UHGV virus genome: UHGV-0134856
Strand: one strand, 5' to 3'
Origin: a virus
Length of the DNA: 35,674 bases
In this document: positions 17,374 to 25,346 of the stretch, one piece after another
How the letters are laid out: each line of letters opens with the position of its first letter
Numbering within the stretch: position 1 is the first letter of the stretch
Notes under the pieces: model-generated
Database searches by the model: none
Told to the model about the DNA's origin: nothing
The model's input: the letters and a program-made list of their open reading frames with translations, nothing else
Position numbers and translations under genes: made by a program

Positions 17374-17544
17374 TTAGGCGGTTAGCTTGTCGAATGCTGC
17401 ATTGACTGTTTCTGCCAGCGCTTCCGCCTCTTGCTTCGTTGGCTGTTGCTGTAAAATCAGCCCAGCCAGTAAATTGGCTTTGGCCTCGAACAAATAACCT
17501 TGCTGGTCCTGCGTTAATGCTTGTGCGGTTTGTTTATTACTCAT
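17374..17544 (-). CDS. Small hypothetical protein (57 aa), between scaffold and capsid
   Basis: Below the ORF-track size cut-off; GAGG RBS 8 nt upstream of the ATG; Gln/Ala-rich helical sequence; stop followed directly by a terminator. Confidence 0.4.
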   Translation of the reverse strand: MSNKQTAQALTQDQQGYLFEAKANLLAGLILQQQPTKQEAEALAETVNAAFDKLTA

Positions 17545-17577
17545 CGGTATTGCCTCGCTTTAAATTGTCGTGACATG

Positions 17578-18414
17578 TCACGCTACGGTTTGATCGCCGT
17601 AACGCTTCTGGTAGTACGCTTTGACTCGCGCAGATACGCGTTCGTGGTCAGCGTGTTTCGGATCCATGTACGCCGGGGACTTCATCAGGTCGCGAATGGT
17701 CTGCTGCTCCTCGATATTGACATCGCCGCCCGCTGGCGCATCTTCCTGCATTTCAGCGCCTACTTTAGCCAGCATGCGAATAACCATCGGGTTATTGCCG
17801 ATCTCGTCAATGCGGCCCTTGTCGGCGTCGTCAGCCAGGGAGTTGAAAGCGCGGAAAGCCAGGCCGATGTTTTTGTTAAATTCCGCGTCGGTTTTCCATA
17901 CCTCGCGCAGCTGCGTGCTGGCCGCTTCAGAATCCAGCGCAGCTGCACCGCCCACCAGCTCAGGAGCACGCTGTGCGTATTCACCCAGGATGAAACTCAT
18001 CTGGTCATTGGTAATGCCTTTGGCGTGCGCAGATTTCATAAAGCTCTGCATGCGCGGATCGGCTTTGAATTCTTCCCAGTTGAAACCCTCGACCTCTACC
18101 TTAGGCTCATACTCATCTGCAGTTTTCGGCGGCGTGCCGACGCTGCCAAGACGTTTCTCAAGCGAAGTGTGAGCATCCGCCAGTTTGCGGGCAGAGCCCT
18201 CAATATTGAGTTTTCCGTCCTCGCCCATAACGCGATATTTTTCCGGTAGCCAGTCAGACGCGCCCGGTTCGCCCGCGCCGGCGCTGAGCAGAGAATTACC
18301 AGAAGGTTCGCCAGTACCCGGATTATTGCTGCCATCTTCACCACCTCCGTTACCGCCGCCTGGCTGTTCTGCGCCCTGCTCAGCGTTCATGAATAAGTGT
18401 TTAATCTTCCACAT
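17578..18414 (-). CDS. Scaffolding / capsid assembly protein (gp9-like)
   Basis: Acidic, Gly/Glu-rich 278-aa protein between portal and capsid; GGAG RBS. Confidence 0.7.
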   Translation of the reverse strand: MWKIKHLFMNAEQGAEQPGGGNGGGEDGSNNPGTGEPSGNSLLSAGAGEPGASDWLPEKYRVMGEDGKLNIEGSARKLADAHTSLEKRLGSVGTPPKTADEYEPKVEVEGFNWEEFKADPRMQSFMKSAHAKGITNDQMSFILGEYAQRAPELVGGAAALDSEAASTQLREVWKTDAEFNKNIGLAFRAFNSLADDADKGRIDEIGNNPMVIRMLAKVGAEMQEDAPAGGDVNIEEQQTIRDLMKSPAYMDPKHADHERVSARVKAYYQKRYGDQTVA

Positions 18415-18634
18415 AATCTTCTACTCCATCGGCTCTGTTGATCTGACTAAGAATGAAATCGAGTACGGAACGCTGTCCGGCCCGGTAACAGGTTTCACGG
18501 TCACCCTCGGTACCGCCTTTCACGTACGCTTCGCGACCGAAGCGCTGGGTTAGTTCTTCCAGCACAGGCGCACCGCCTGGCATTTCTTCAAAAATCCGCT
18601 TGTAATCAGCGGGTGTGGCCTCTTTGGTTCTCAT
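18401..18634 (-). CDS. Hypothetical small protein (77 aa), translationally coupled to portal (ATGA overlap)
   Basis: Start overlaps the portal stop; no recognisable domain. Confidence 0.45.
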   Translation of the reverse strand: MRTKEATPADYKRIFEEMPGGAPVLEELTQRFGREAYVKGGTEGDRETCYRAGQRSVLDFILSQINRADGVEDYVED

Positions 18635-20256
18635 TGGTTACCTGCCAGTCGTTGCCCGATTGCCGCGCCAGCGGTCTGCCCTGCGGCTCCAGCCGCCTCG
18701 GTGCCAGCCTGCATCATGAGCTGCTGCTGAGCGGCCTGCTGCTGTGCTTTCTGGCGCTGGTCTCGGAGGTCCGCCACAGCATCGGAAGAGCGAATTACTT
18801 TTGCCGGAACCCCCAGCGCATCGGCCACAACGCGCGTGGCTTCGTCGGTATCGATGAGGTCAACAACGTCCTGGCTGATACCAGCAAGGTTTGCCACGTT
18901 CGCGCCGAGGCGTTCGATTGCCGTCACGTCTTCCAGTTTCTGGGCGCGTGCCAGAGGTGAGATGTAACGCACGTTGAAATTGGCGTTCTGGAGGCTCTCC
19001 GGCGGCGGGGAGAAGATGCCAGCGCGGAAAGCAATACCGAAGCAGCGCACCACCAGCAACTGGAGATATTCAGCCTGGAACCGGCCATAAACCGGGCCTA
19101 GCAGCTGACGAATCAGCGCGACGCGCACATGCACTTCGGTGGCGGTCATCGCTGGGCCGTCCTGCGGCTGCAGCTGGTCGGCCATCATGATTTTGCGGAT
19201 TGATGCCTGCAAACGCTCTTCTGCGGTGAATGCCACGCTGAAATCGGAGCCGGTCAGCAACGGTTTCATGCTGTCGACGCTGTTCGCCACGATGATGCGA
19301 CGCGGGCCGACTTTGACCGTACGCGGGTTGAGTACGCCGTCGTCTTCGGCAATCCACATGCCGGAGATAGCCAGATCCTGCGCGGCTTTCTCCATGCGCT
19401 TGGTTTCGTTCAGCTCTTTGCAGTCCGGCAGCGCGTCGTACACCGGGCCGATGCCATAGGAGCCGCCGGGGATTTTCATCCAGCGCGGCACGCAGCACGG
19501 GAATTCGTGATAGCCGGATTCACGTACCACCTGCTTGTTGCTCACGTCGACGTTGAACGACGCAAAGCGCATGTTTTTCGCCAGGCGGGCATCGACCATG
19601 TAAGTTTCGCGCGGGAAAATGCAGTGCAGGAAATCGAATTTATCGTCGGGCTTTTTCTTCGCCGCGTCGCGGATCTTCTCGCTGACCTTGTCCGCGCCGA
19701 ATTCTTTGATGGCCTGCTCTGCGGTCAGCTGGTAGCGGCGGTAGATCGTGTCCACGATGCCATCCTTGCGGGTGGACGTGACATAGCACTGCGCCAGCGG
19801 CCACTGCTGGAAGGTGTAGCCGCCCTCTTCCCGGTTCTCGTCGATGTACAGAACGAACCAGCCCGCGCACACCACGTCGAGATTCGCCTCGTAGCCCTCA
19901 GCGTCGAAGTTTGCCGCATGGATATTTTCCCAGATCAGCGTTGCGCACTCAGACAGCCAGGCTTTGGCATCGTCCGGCAGAGATTCGCTGTCGAGGTTCA
20001 GCCATTGCGCGTTCGCCGGGGTCATGCCGGACATGAGCGCAGAGGCCAGCATGCGGGCGCTATCGGTGGCGGTGCCGTCCAGTAGCTTCGCCACCTTGTG
20101 TTTTGCGCTCTGAGCATCGAGCACTTCGTCAGAGAATCCCGCGCCGCGCAGCGGATAGGTGTATTCATAGCACTCGCGCCAGACGCTTTCATGCTGCTGG
20201 CGGTTGGCTTTCAGCGTGTCGGAACGCTTAATCAGCTTAACGGCGAGTTCATCCAT
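18631..20256 (-). CDS. Portal / head-to-tail connector protein (T7 gp8 family)
   Basis: 541 aa (T7 gp8 is 536 aa). N-terminal NRQQHESVWRECYEYTYPLR vs T7 DRAPYETRAQNCAQYTIPSL, ARMLASALMSGMTP vs ARGLNNLASKLMLALFP, Gln/Ala-rich C-terminus as in T7 gp8. Confidence 0.9.
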   Translation of the reverse strand: MDELAVKLIKRSDTLKANRQQHESVWRECYEYTYPLRGAGFSDEVLDAQSAKHKVAKLLDGTATDSARMLASALMSGMTPANAQWLNLDSESLPDDAKAWLSECATLIWENIHAANFDAEGYEANLDVVCAGWFVLYIDENREEGGYTFQQWPLAQCYVTSTRKDGIVDTIYRRYQLTAEQAIKEFGADKVSEKIRDAAKKKPDDKFDFLHCIFPRETYMVDARLAKNMRFASFNVDVSNKQVVRESGYHEFPCCVPRWMKIPGGSYGIGPVYDALPDCKELNETKRMEKAAQDLAISGMWIAEDDGVLNPRTVKVGPRRIIVANSVDSMKPLLTGSDFSVAFTAEERLQASIRKIMMADQLQPQDGPAMTATEVHVRVALIRQLLGPVYGRFQAEYLQLLVVRCFGIAFRAGIFSPPPESLQNANFNVRYISPLARAQKLEDVTAIERLGANVANLAGISQDVVDLIDTDEATRVVADALGVPAKVIRSSDAVADLRDQRQKAQQQAAQQQLMMQAGTEAAGAAGQTAGAAIGQRLAGNQ

Positions 20257-20259
20257 CAG

Positions 20260-20487
20260 TTACGCCCCCAGAGTGTTTTTCTGCTGCGCTGCCTGCGCGC
20301 CAGAGGACAGCAGAGAGCTGCCAGAATCAGCCGCACCCTCTGCACCACTGGCGAGGAGGGAGGAGCCTTTCTTGCGCTTCTTGCGCGATGCTGCGTCTGC
20401 GTTCGCCGCTTTTGCCGCTGCGTCTGCAGCTGCATCCGCTTCGGCCTGCGGGTCGGTCTGAACGACCTTTGGTGCACTTCCACACAT
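20260..20487 (-). CDS. Small low-complexity virion protein (T7 gp6.7-like)
   Basis: Starts MCGSAPK (T7 gp6.7 starts MCFSPK), Lys/Ala/Ser/Gly-rich 75 aa, strong GAGGGGG RBS, directly upstream of portal. Confidence 0.45.
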   Translation of the reverse strand: MCGSAPKVVQTDPQAEADAAADAAAKAANADAASRKKRKKGSSLLASGAEGAADSGSSLLSSGAQAAQQKNTLGA

Positions 20488-20500
20488 GGCGATCCCCCTC

Positions 20501-20986
20501 TTAGCCCGGAACGTGCCAGCCATGCTCAGTCAGAACGGGCTTACCCGTTACAGGCTGAGGCTTGCCCTCGTCGTTCGTCACGTAGCCGAGCGGTGCGGCA
20601 GGTGCCGCCGTGGTGGCTTTTTTGACGAGCTGGAGGAATTCGAGATTGTCGGTTAACTGCTGGTCAGCAAGGTCGGTGTAACCCAGTGTTTCAAAGTGGG
20701 CGATGATGGCCGCGCCCTGCTCGTTGATGGTACCCAGCAGAGTGTTGCGCTCTGCGAGTGCGGCATCGTCCAGCAGGCTGGCAACGCGCTGCTGGATGAC
20801 TTCCTGCTCTGCGCGCTGATTGTCTGCGTTAAGCGTCTGGATCTCAGTCGCTGTAATTGGGGCATCAGCAACGGTCTGGTTAACAGGGGCAGAATTAAGC
20901 AATTGCCCTTCCGCCACGATATTGGTTGTATCGGTACCAGCAGTTTCCTGCCCCGGTACCTCAACGTTTTTTCTTGGTCGACCCAT
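20501..20986 (-). CDS. Hypothetical late protein (161 aa), first gene after the late-unit hairpin copy e
   Basis: N-terminal MGRPRKN basic motif, Gln/Thr-rich body; GGAG RBS. Confidence 0.5.
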   Translation of the reverse strand: MGRPRKNVEVPGQETAGTDTTNIVAEGQLLNSAPVNQTVADAPITATEIQTLNADNQRAEQEVIQQRVASLLDDAALAERNTLLGTINEQGAAIIAHFETLGYTDLADQQLTDNLEFLQLVKKATTAAPAAPLGYVTNDEGKPQPVTGKPVLTEHGWHVPG

Positions 20987-21022
20987 TTTGGATATCTCCG
21001 GATGAATGGTGAGCGGTCATTG

Positions 21023-21313
21023 TTATTTGCATGCCTGGTCAGTTTCCCGACCAAAACGCGATTTACGGAAGGTGAACCACTGGCGATGCAAAACCGTGGG
21101 TAATTTTTTTCTGTCAGAGTTGGTTGCCATGCACCACAACGCAATAAGCGCCTCACCATGGCCGTGGCGAGGTTCAGATCCTGACTTCCAGCCCAGAACG
21201 GCAGATTTCGAAACGCCCAGTTCGTTGGCAATTTCCTGTGTCGTGAGGTTTTTTCTGGTCAGGTCGGTAATGACCCGGAACCAGTCGGTTTTGAAGGTGG
21301 CGACCAGTGGCAT
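21023..21313 (-). CDS. Winged-HTH DNA-binding protein (MerR/AlpA/Nu1-N-terminal-like); candidate late regulator
   Basis: LTTQEIANELGVSKSAVLGWKSGSEP helix-turn-helix pattern. Start at Met 21313 has a GGGGAG RBS; the ORF-track N-terminal extension has none. Confidence 0.6.
   Translation of the reverse strand: MPLVATFKTDWFRVITDLTRKNLTTQEIANELGVSKSAVLGWKSGSEPRHGHGEALIALWCMATNSDRKKLPTVLHRQWFTFRKSRFGRETDQACK
21037..21052 (-). promoter_or_regulatory. Late-unit hairpin motif copy e (diverged: GGTCAGTTTCCCGACC) at the start of the virion gene block
   Basis: Same stem halves GGTC.G / CCGACC with a different loop; between the HTH gene and the first late gene. Confidence 0.35.
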
Positions 21314-21470
21314 TTTGATCACTCCCCAAAACGCGCGCGCGCGCGAGCATAGAGAAGGGAAAAATCGCCCGCCGCTGTGGTGAGAAAAGAAGGGAAACAG
21401 AATATTGTTCTTTCCGGACGCTGGGCGCCATGACACTTTTTGGTTTTTCCTGCTACCTCTAAGAGTGGAA

Positions 21471-21773
21471 TTAAATTCTGCATAATCGTAATTCCCTCAC
21501 CTCAATGGTCACCTGATCCAGTAATTCGGTTTCGGTACCGTAGTTTTTTTCCCATGTTTTCTGGCCCGCGTGGATAGCAACGCCGTGCCCGCCGGTTCTG
21601 TGGTGTGGGGCGCAGAGAGGTAAGGTTTTTTTATGTTCTGCACGCTGGGCTATTCCCTGCCCTGTGCGTATGTGATGGATTTCTGCGGGTGATGCGCCGT
21701 AGCCAAGATTTCGGCATACAACGCAACCCAGAGAGGCAACATCGGCCAGCCAGCGTTTATCGTCGTTAGTCAT
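21471..21773 (-). CDS. Ref-family (P1 recombination enhancement function-like) HNH/zinc-finger nuclease
   Basis: LGCVVC...EIHHIRTGQGIAQRAEHKKTLPLCAPHHRTGGHGVAIH motif typical of Ref/HNH proteins. Confidence 0.65.
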   Translation of the reverse strand: MTNDDKRWLADVASLGCVVCRNLGYGASPAEIHHIRTGQGIAQRAEHKKTLPLCAPHHRTGGHGVAIHAGQKTWEKNYGTETELLDQVTIEVRELRLCRI

Positions 21774-21784
21774 GGCGATATTTC

Positions 21785-22381
21785 TTACGCGGCGTAGCTG
21801 AATAATTGCGAGGCTGCATTTTCTGCTGCCTGCTGTGTCGGGAATGTGCGGTACAGGATGTAATTCCAGAGCACATCGAGAACGGATTTGTAGAGCTGGG
21901 AAAATTCTATATCGTCCATCTTTGCGAACGATATCGATTTTGGTTCTTTGCGGGTGGTGCCGTCAGGCATTTCGTATTCGGTGTAAAAACCTGCCTGAAT
22001 AGTTACCCAGGCACGGAACGCCTCAAACGATTTTACTGCGCTGATATTTCCGGCGCGTTTTTCCGCTTCATCGCGGAGATACTGATCGGCAAGTTCCTGG
22101 AGTGTTTCTTCATGCCCGGCATAATGGGCCACCAGCTGCACATAACCACGAACCAGTTTTTTATCGGCCGGGGAAATGGTACCGCCTGTCGGGTGCCAGT
22201 AATCAAACCCCAGATTAAGCAACGCAAAAAACTTGCGGTGAAATGCAGGGTTGCGGGCCTGTTTAAAATCGGCGTAGAGCACAGCGCCCATGCGACATTT
22301 TTTTTCGATAAAGTCGCGCGCTTCCGGCGTTGCCGGGATTAATACTCCACCAGCTGATTTTACAAAAGAATACTGCGCCAT
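21785..22381 (-). CDS. DUF1367-like nin-region protein (198 aa)
   Basis: Starts MAQYSFVKSAGGVLIPATPEARDF; resembles a conserved lambdoid nin-region family; function unknown. Confidence 0.55.
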   Translation of the reverse strand: MAQYSFVKSAGGVLIPATPEARDFIEKKCRMGAVLYADFKQARNPAFHRKFFALLNLGFDYWHPTGGTISPADKKLVRGYVQLVAHYAGHEETLQELADQYLRDEAEKRAGNISAVKSFEAFRAWVTIQAGFYTEYEMPDGTTRKEPKSISFAKMDDIEFSQLYKSVLDVLWNYILYRTFPTQQAAENAASQLFSYAA

Positions 22382-22448
22382 TGGTTTCCCCTTTAGCGCA
22401 GCAATTGCTCAGAAATACAGGTATCGGGTGTTCAGTCCGATAACCTGA

Positions 22449-22706
22449 TTATACCTTAGTTTTGTCCTTTTCAACAATGCTAAAACCGGACAATTCAGCC
22501 AATTCAAACAATGACTTAAGAGTGGCAAGGTGCTCATCATCATGAGCTAATCTGATGGCAGATACTTTGCCATTCCTGAGGGTAACGAGTACGCGTCCGT
22601 TATCGGGTAGATGACCCCCAACCTCCGTTTTTTCAATCACGCCTCCCCCTCTCAAACAACTGTATAAATTTACAGTATATATACTCCCAAGTGGCAGGAA
22701 GTGCAA
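22449..22706 (-). CDS. Hypothetical protein (85 aa, TTG start in ORF track; true start uncertain)
   Basis: ORF downstream of a minus-strand terminator; no convincing RBS. Confidence 0.25.
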   Translation of the reverse strand: MHFLPLGSIYTVNLYSCLRGGGVIEKTEVGGHLPDNGRVLVTLRNGKVSAIRLAHDDEHLATLKSLFELAELSGFSIVEKDKTKV

Positions 22707-22761
22707 ATCTTTAAGAGCACAAAACGTTAAGCGCGGTAAAAATAAAATTATGTATGACCAT

Positions 22762-22793
22762 GTTTTTAAACAATAAACCGCCGTTCCCGGCGG
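22762..22793 (-). terminator. Rho-independent terminator after the 112-aa gene
   Basis: CCGCCG-ttcc-CGGCGG stem followed by TTTATTGTTT on the minus strand. Confidence 0.6.
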
Positions 22794-22815
22794 TATTGTA
22801 CTTTGCTTTGCTGAC

Positions 22816-23154
22816 TTATATTGTCAGTATTAATTTTTTCCATCCGGCTGTTGCCCAGCACTGTGAATCACCTGACAGGATGCAGTTTTTCACCGGAATT
22901 TGCTCACCACACTTAATGCATCTGCTTGCGCTGATACTCTTAATCCGGCCACGCACCCTGGCATCATCCTGGCGGATAAGCAACGCGATGTACTCGCTCA
23001 GTTCGTATGGCTCACGACCCGGCCGGCGCTCTGCGCAGTTCCGCGCCAGCATTTCCATTTCCTGCTCGTCGAGCAACAGCTCAAGTTTGCGCTCACCGGC
23101 TTCAGCCTGGCGGGCGCGCTGCGCTGCTTTGCGTTCTGCTGCGGTCTTAGCCAT
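22816..23154 (-). CDS. Hypothetical protein with charged helical N-terminus and C-terminal Cys4 zinc-ribbon-like motif
   Basis: GGAGAG RBS; CIKCGEQ...NCILSGDSQC cysteine pattern; the overlapping plus-strand ORFs look like frame shadows. Confidence 0.5.
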   Translation of the reverse strand: MAKTAAERKAAQRARQAEAGERKLELLLDEQEMEMLARNCAERRPGREPYELSEYIALLIRQDDARVRGRIKSISASRCIKCGEQIPVKNCILSGDSQCWATAGWKKLILTI

Positions 23155-23374
23155 GGAATTTTCTCTCCCCGCATTTCAGGCAGATTGTTGATTGACCTTC
23201 TCCGCCTGGCTCTATCCACCAGTCATGGATGCATGCTGACTTTTTCTCCCGCTCTGCCACATGCGGCAGCAGCATCCTGTACGCCTCGAGAGCAAAATCC
23301 TCTTTCAGCGATCGCGGCCCCGACTCCAGTTCCTCAATGCGGGCGATCAGTGATTCCTGAGTTACGTTAACCAT
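23147..23374 (-). CDS. Hypothetical protein (75 aa) with CxxC motif
   Basis: GGGGG RBS before Met 23374; contains CLKCGERK. Confidence 0.45.
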   Translation of the reverse strand: MVNVTQESLIARIEELESGPRSLKEDFALEAYRMLLPHVAEREKKSACIHDWWIEPGGEGQSTICLKCGERKFHG

Positions 23375-23396
23375 CCCTACCCCCAAACAACGATTA

Positions 23397-23852
23397 TCAC
23401 GACGGCGAAAGCCACTGCTCGAATGGCAACTTGTAAGCCGTCGTTACAGGTTCGGCCCCCTGAAGCATGGCGGCGCGGCAGGAGTTCCATACTTTCATAG
23501 CGACGGTCGGAATACCGTTGTCCAAAACACCTAACGTCAACACCAAATTAGCGGCTTGCAGCACGTTTATCTCATCAGGTACAAACGGAGCTGGCGGGGC
23601 GAAACTCAGCAGCACATAACCCGGCATCCACTGACCCAGCTCGGCGACGTGCGTAACAGTGACGCTGATGAAATCACCCGTAAAGGCTTCTTCATTCGGA
23701 TCCCACTCACAAAGGTCGAGAATATCGCCGGCCTGATACTCACGGTCATTCCAACGCAGTTCTGCGCGCTTAAGTCCGTCGCGGACCGCTGCAAAGTATT
23801 CAGGCCAAATTTTCAGATTGTGCGTCACGTGTTCTCTGGTAATAGTGCTCAT
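23397..23852 (-). CDS. ASCH / DUF3850-domain (PUA-like) protein
   Basis: HNLKIWPEYFAAVRDGLKRAELRWNDREYQAGDIL matches the DUF3850 signature (H.LK.WPEYF.AV..G.K..E.R.NDR.F..GD.L). Confidence 0.7.
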   Translation of the reverse strand: MSTITREHVTHNLKIWPEYFAAVRDGLKRAELRWNDREYQAGDILDLCEWDPNEEAFTGDFISVTVTHVAELGQWMPGYVLLSFAPPAPFVPDEINVLQAANLVLTLGVLDNGIPTVAMKVWNSCRAAMLQGAEPVTTAYKLPFEQWLSPS

Positions 23853-24073
23853 GGCTTCACCTCGATATCAATTTTTAACTCACACGGAACGGTAACGCTG
23901 ATGATGTCGTTTTTGTTGAAGTATGAGAGAGGTTCACCCTCTTCCTGTAAGAATATTGTCGTTCTGTCACCATGGTAGTTAAGCTTCCTTACCCGGTAAT
24001 AAACTCCGAATATTTCCATTACTGCGTTTGGTCCGATTTCATCTGCACGTACCGATTTCAATAGTCTGACCAT
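23849..24073 (-). CDS. Hypothetical protein (74 aa)
   Basis: GGAGAG RBS 5 nt before ATG 24073; the GTG at 24079 is the ORF-track start. Confidence 0.45.
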   Translation of the reverse strand: MVRLLKSVRADEIGPNAVMEIFGVYYRVRKLNYHGDRTTIFLQEEGEPLSYFNKNDIISVTVPCELKIDIEVKP

Positions 24074-24075
24074 GC

Positions 24076-24471
24076 TCACTCTCCTTTACCGGCTGAAGCA
24101 GCCGACTCTTCGTAGGCGCGTTTGGAAGAATTTAGAATTGCCGCCATCGGCGTGTAAGCACCTCCGGCCGTGATTGTGTTGTGAATGCCAGCCATTGCCT
24201 CGCGAAGATTGCCATGGCTGGCTGACAGCTCAGCAATCCGCTTCTCTGCGGCTTCCAGCGCCTTTACCAGCTCATCAACGGTTCCAGCTGCTTGGCGCGC
24301 GTAATCGGTAATTGCCAGTTCGCATTCAATTTCAGTGCCGTTTTCGTTGGTGTGGCAAATAACAAAGTAGTCGGAGTCGATTTCGTTATCAGCCAAATGC
24401 CTCAGCGTGTCGGCAACAAGTACGCCGTTTTCAATCAGCAGCTCTGTCGCATGTTTGTCGATGTCGCTCAT
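24076..24471 (-). CDS. Hypothetical protein (130 aa)
   Basis: AAGGAG RBS before Met 24471 (MSDIDKH); 4-nt overlap with the Lar gene. Confidence 0.5.
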   Translation of the reverse strand: MSDIDKHATELLIENGVLVADTLRHLADNEIDSDYFVICHTNENGTEIECELAITDYARQAAGTVDELVKALEAAEKRIAELSASHGNLREAMAGIHNTITAGGAYTPMAAILNSSKRAYEESAASAGKGE

Positions 24472-24692
24472 TGGGCGGCTCCTTCTGCTCGTTGATTCCA
24501 CTCTGCTCTAACCTCTGAATAAAAAATCGGGCAGTCATTGCCTGGCCCGGCATATTTGCTACCGGATTGAGCGCGGCACGAGCCGCAGCGAACGAAATAG
24601 AATCGACCGCCAGAGCCATATTCTGGATGGTCTGCTTCACTTGCGACATGCGCTACGCCACCACAAAATGGGCATGGGAGTAGATTGCTCAT
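24468..24692 (-). CDS. Lar-family restriction alleviation protein (zinc ribbon)
   Basis: MSNLLPCPFCGG...RCGSCRAQSG: CPFCGG plus a second CxxC, the Lar-family hallmark; AAGGAG RBS. Confidence 0.65.
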   Translation of the reverse strand: MSNLLPCPFCGGVAHVASEADHPEYGSGGRFYFVRCGSCRAQSGSKYAGPGNDCPIFYSEVRAEWNQRAEGAAQ

Positions 24693-25102
24693 GACTGCAC
24701 TCCTTTGCGAAGCTGGGCGGCGAACTCATCACATACGTGAGTTAAAGAGCAAAGTTTTATCGCCGGATGTTCGCGCAACATCTCCACACCCTGCGCCCGC
24801 ACTTCAGCAAGGAAAGCGTCTGTGGCTGGGGTTTCCATAGAACGATAAAGCGCAACGATATCGTCAGTTTCGCTCGGCTCTTCATGAGAGCAATTCGGGC
24901 ACACAGCAACACTATTAGCGTGCTGCTCTATTAGTTCCTTCAACCCCGCATTCTCCGCAGCCAGCGTATTGCCGCGAGCCAGTTGCACATCCAGCTGTGT
25001 GGCGAGGTTGGAAACCATCTTCGCTATCTCGAGTAGCGGCGTGTCATTGCCGATGGCTTTAGCCAGTGCGTGCCCGGCGTTGATTAATTCTTTGTTATTC
25101 AT
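24689..25102 (-). CDS. Hypothetical protein (137 aa), coiled-coil N-terminus and Cys-containing C-terminus (Ea22-like flavour)
   Basis: Good RBS; CPNCSHEEP motif. Confidence 0.5.
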   Translation of the reverse strand: MNNKELINAGHALAKAIGNDTPLLEIAKMVSNLATQLDVQLARGNTLAAENAGLKELIEQHANSVAVCPNCSHEEPSETDDIVALYRSMETPATDAFLAEVRAQGVEMLREHPAIKLCSLTHVCDEFAAQLRKGVQS

Positions 25103-25343
25103 CGTTTGAACCTTCTTTCTGCGCGCGCCAGTAATTTAAGCGCTCTCTAAAAAACTCGCGTTGACTCTCCGGCGTTGCCTCAATCTGCTGAATTACCGCG
25201 TGACGCGTGACTTTCTTGTCGTAGAGCTGGCGAACGAGCGCTGCTGCGCGCATGTCGTAATGCTCTTTGAGCTGAAATTCCTGCGGCCATTTGGCGCGAT
25301 TGAGTGGTAAGCCGGGCGGGAGATAATCCGATTGCCCGGCCAT
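25095..25343 (-). CDS. Hypothetical protein (82 aa)
   Basis: GAGGG RBS; charged helical. Confidence 0.5.
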   Translation of the reverse strand: MAGQSDYLPPGLPLNRAKWPQEFQLKEHYDMRAAALVRQLYDKKVTRHAVIQQIEATPESQREFFRERLNYWRAQKEGSNDE

Positions 25344-25346
25344 GCC

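Noticed and set aside
17578-18390. Shorter scaffold start at Met 18390 (MNAEQ)
   Set aside because: No SD upstream, whereas the 18414 start has a GGAG RBS. The longer form is kept despite a 14-nt overlap with the upstream small ORF.
7493-20625. Numerous 60-200 aa ORFs on either strand inside the large virion genes (e.g. 8478..8945, 9226..10025, 16388..17329, 19507..20085, 20098..20625)
   Set aside because: They are fully embedded in or antisense to long, well-supported structural genes and have GC-rich frame-shadow composition. None has a plausible RBS.
22754-23370. Plus-strand ORFs 22754..23191 and 22900..23370
   Set aside because: They have Ser/Arg/Ala-rich low-complexity translations typical of the wrong frame opposite real minus-strand genes (22816..23154, 23147..23374), which have good RBSs.
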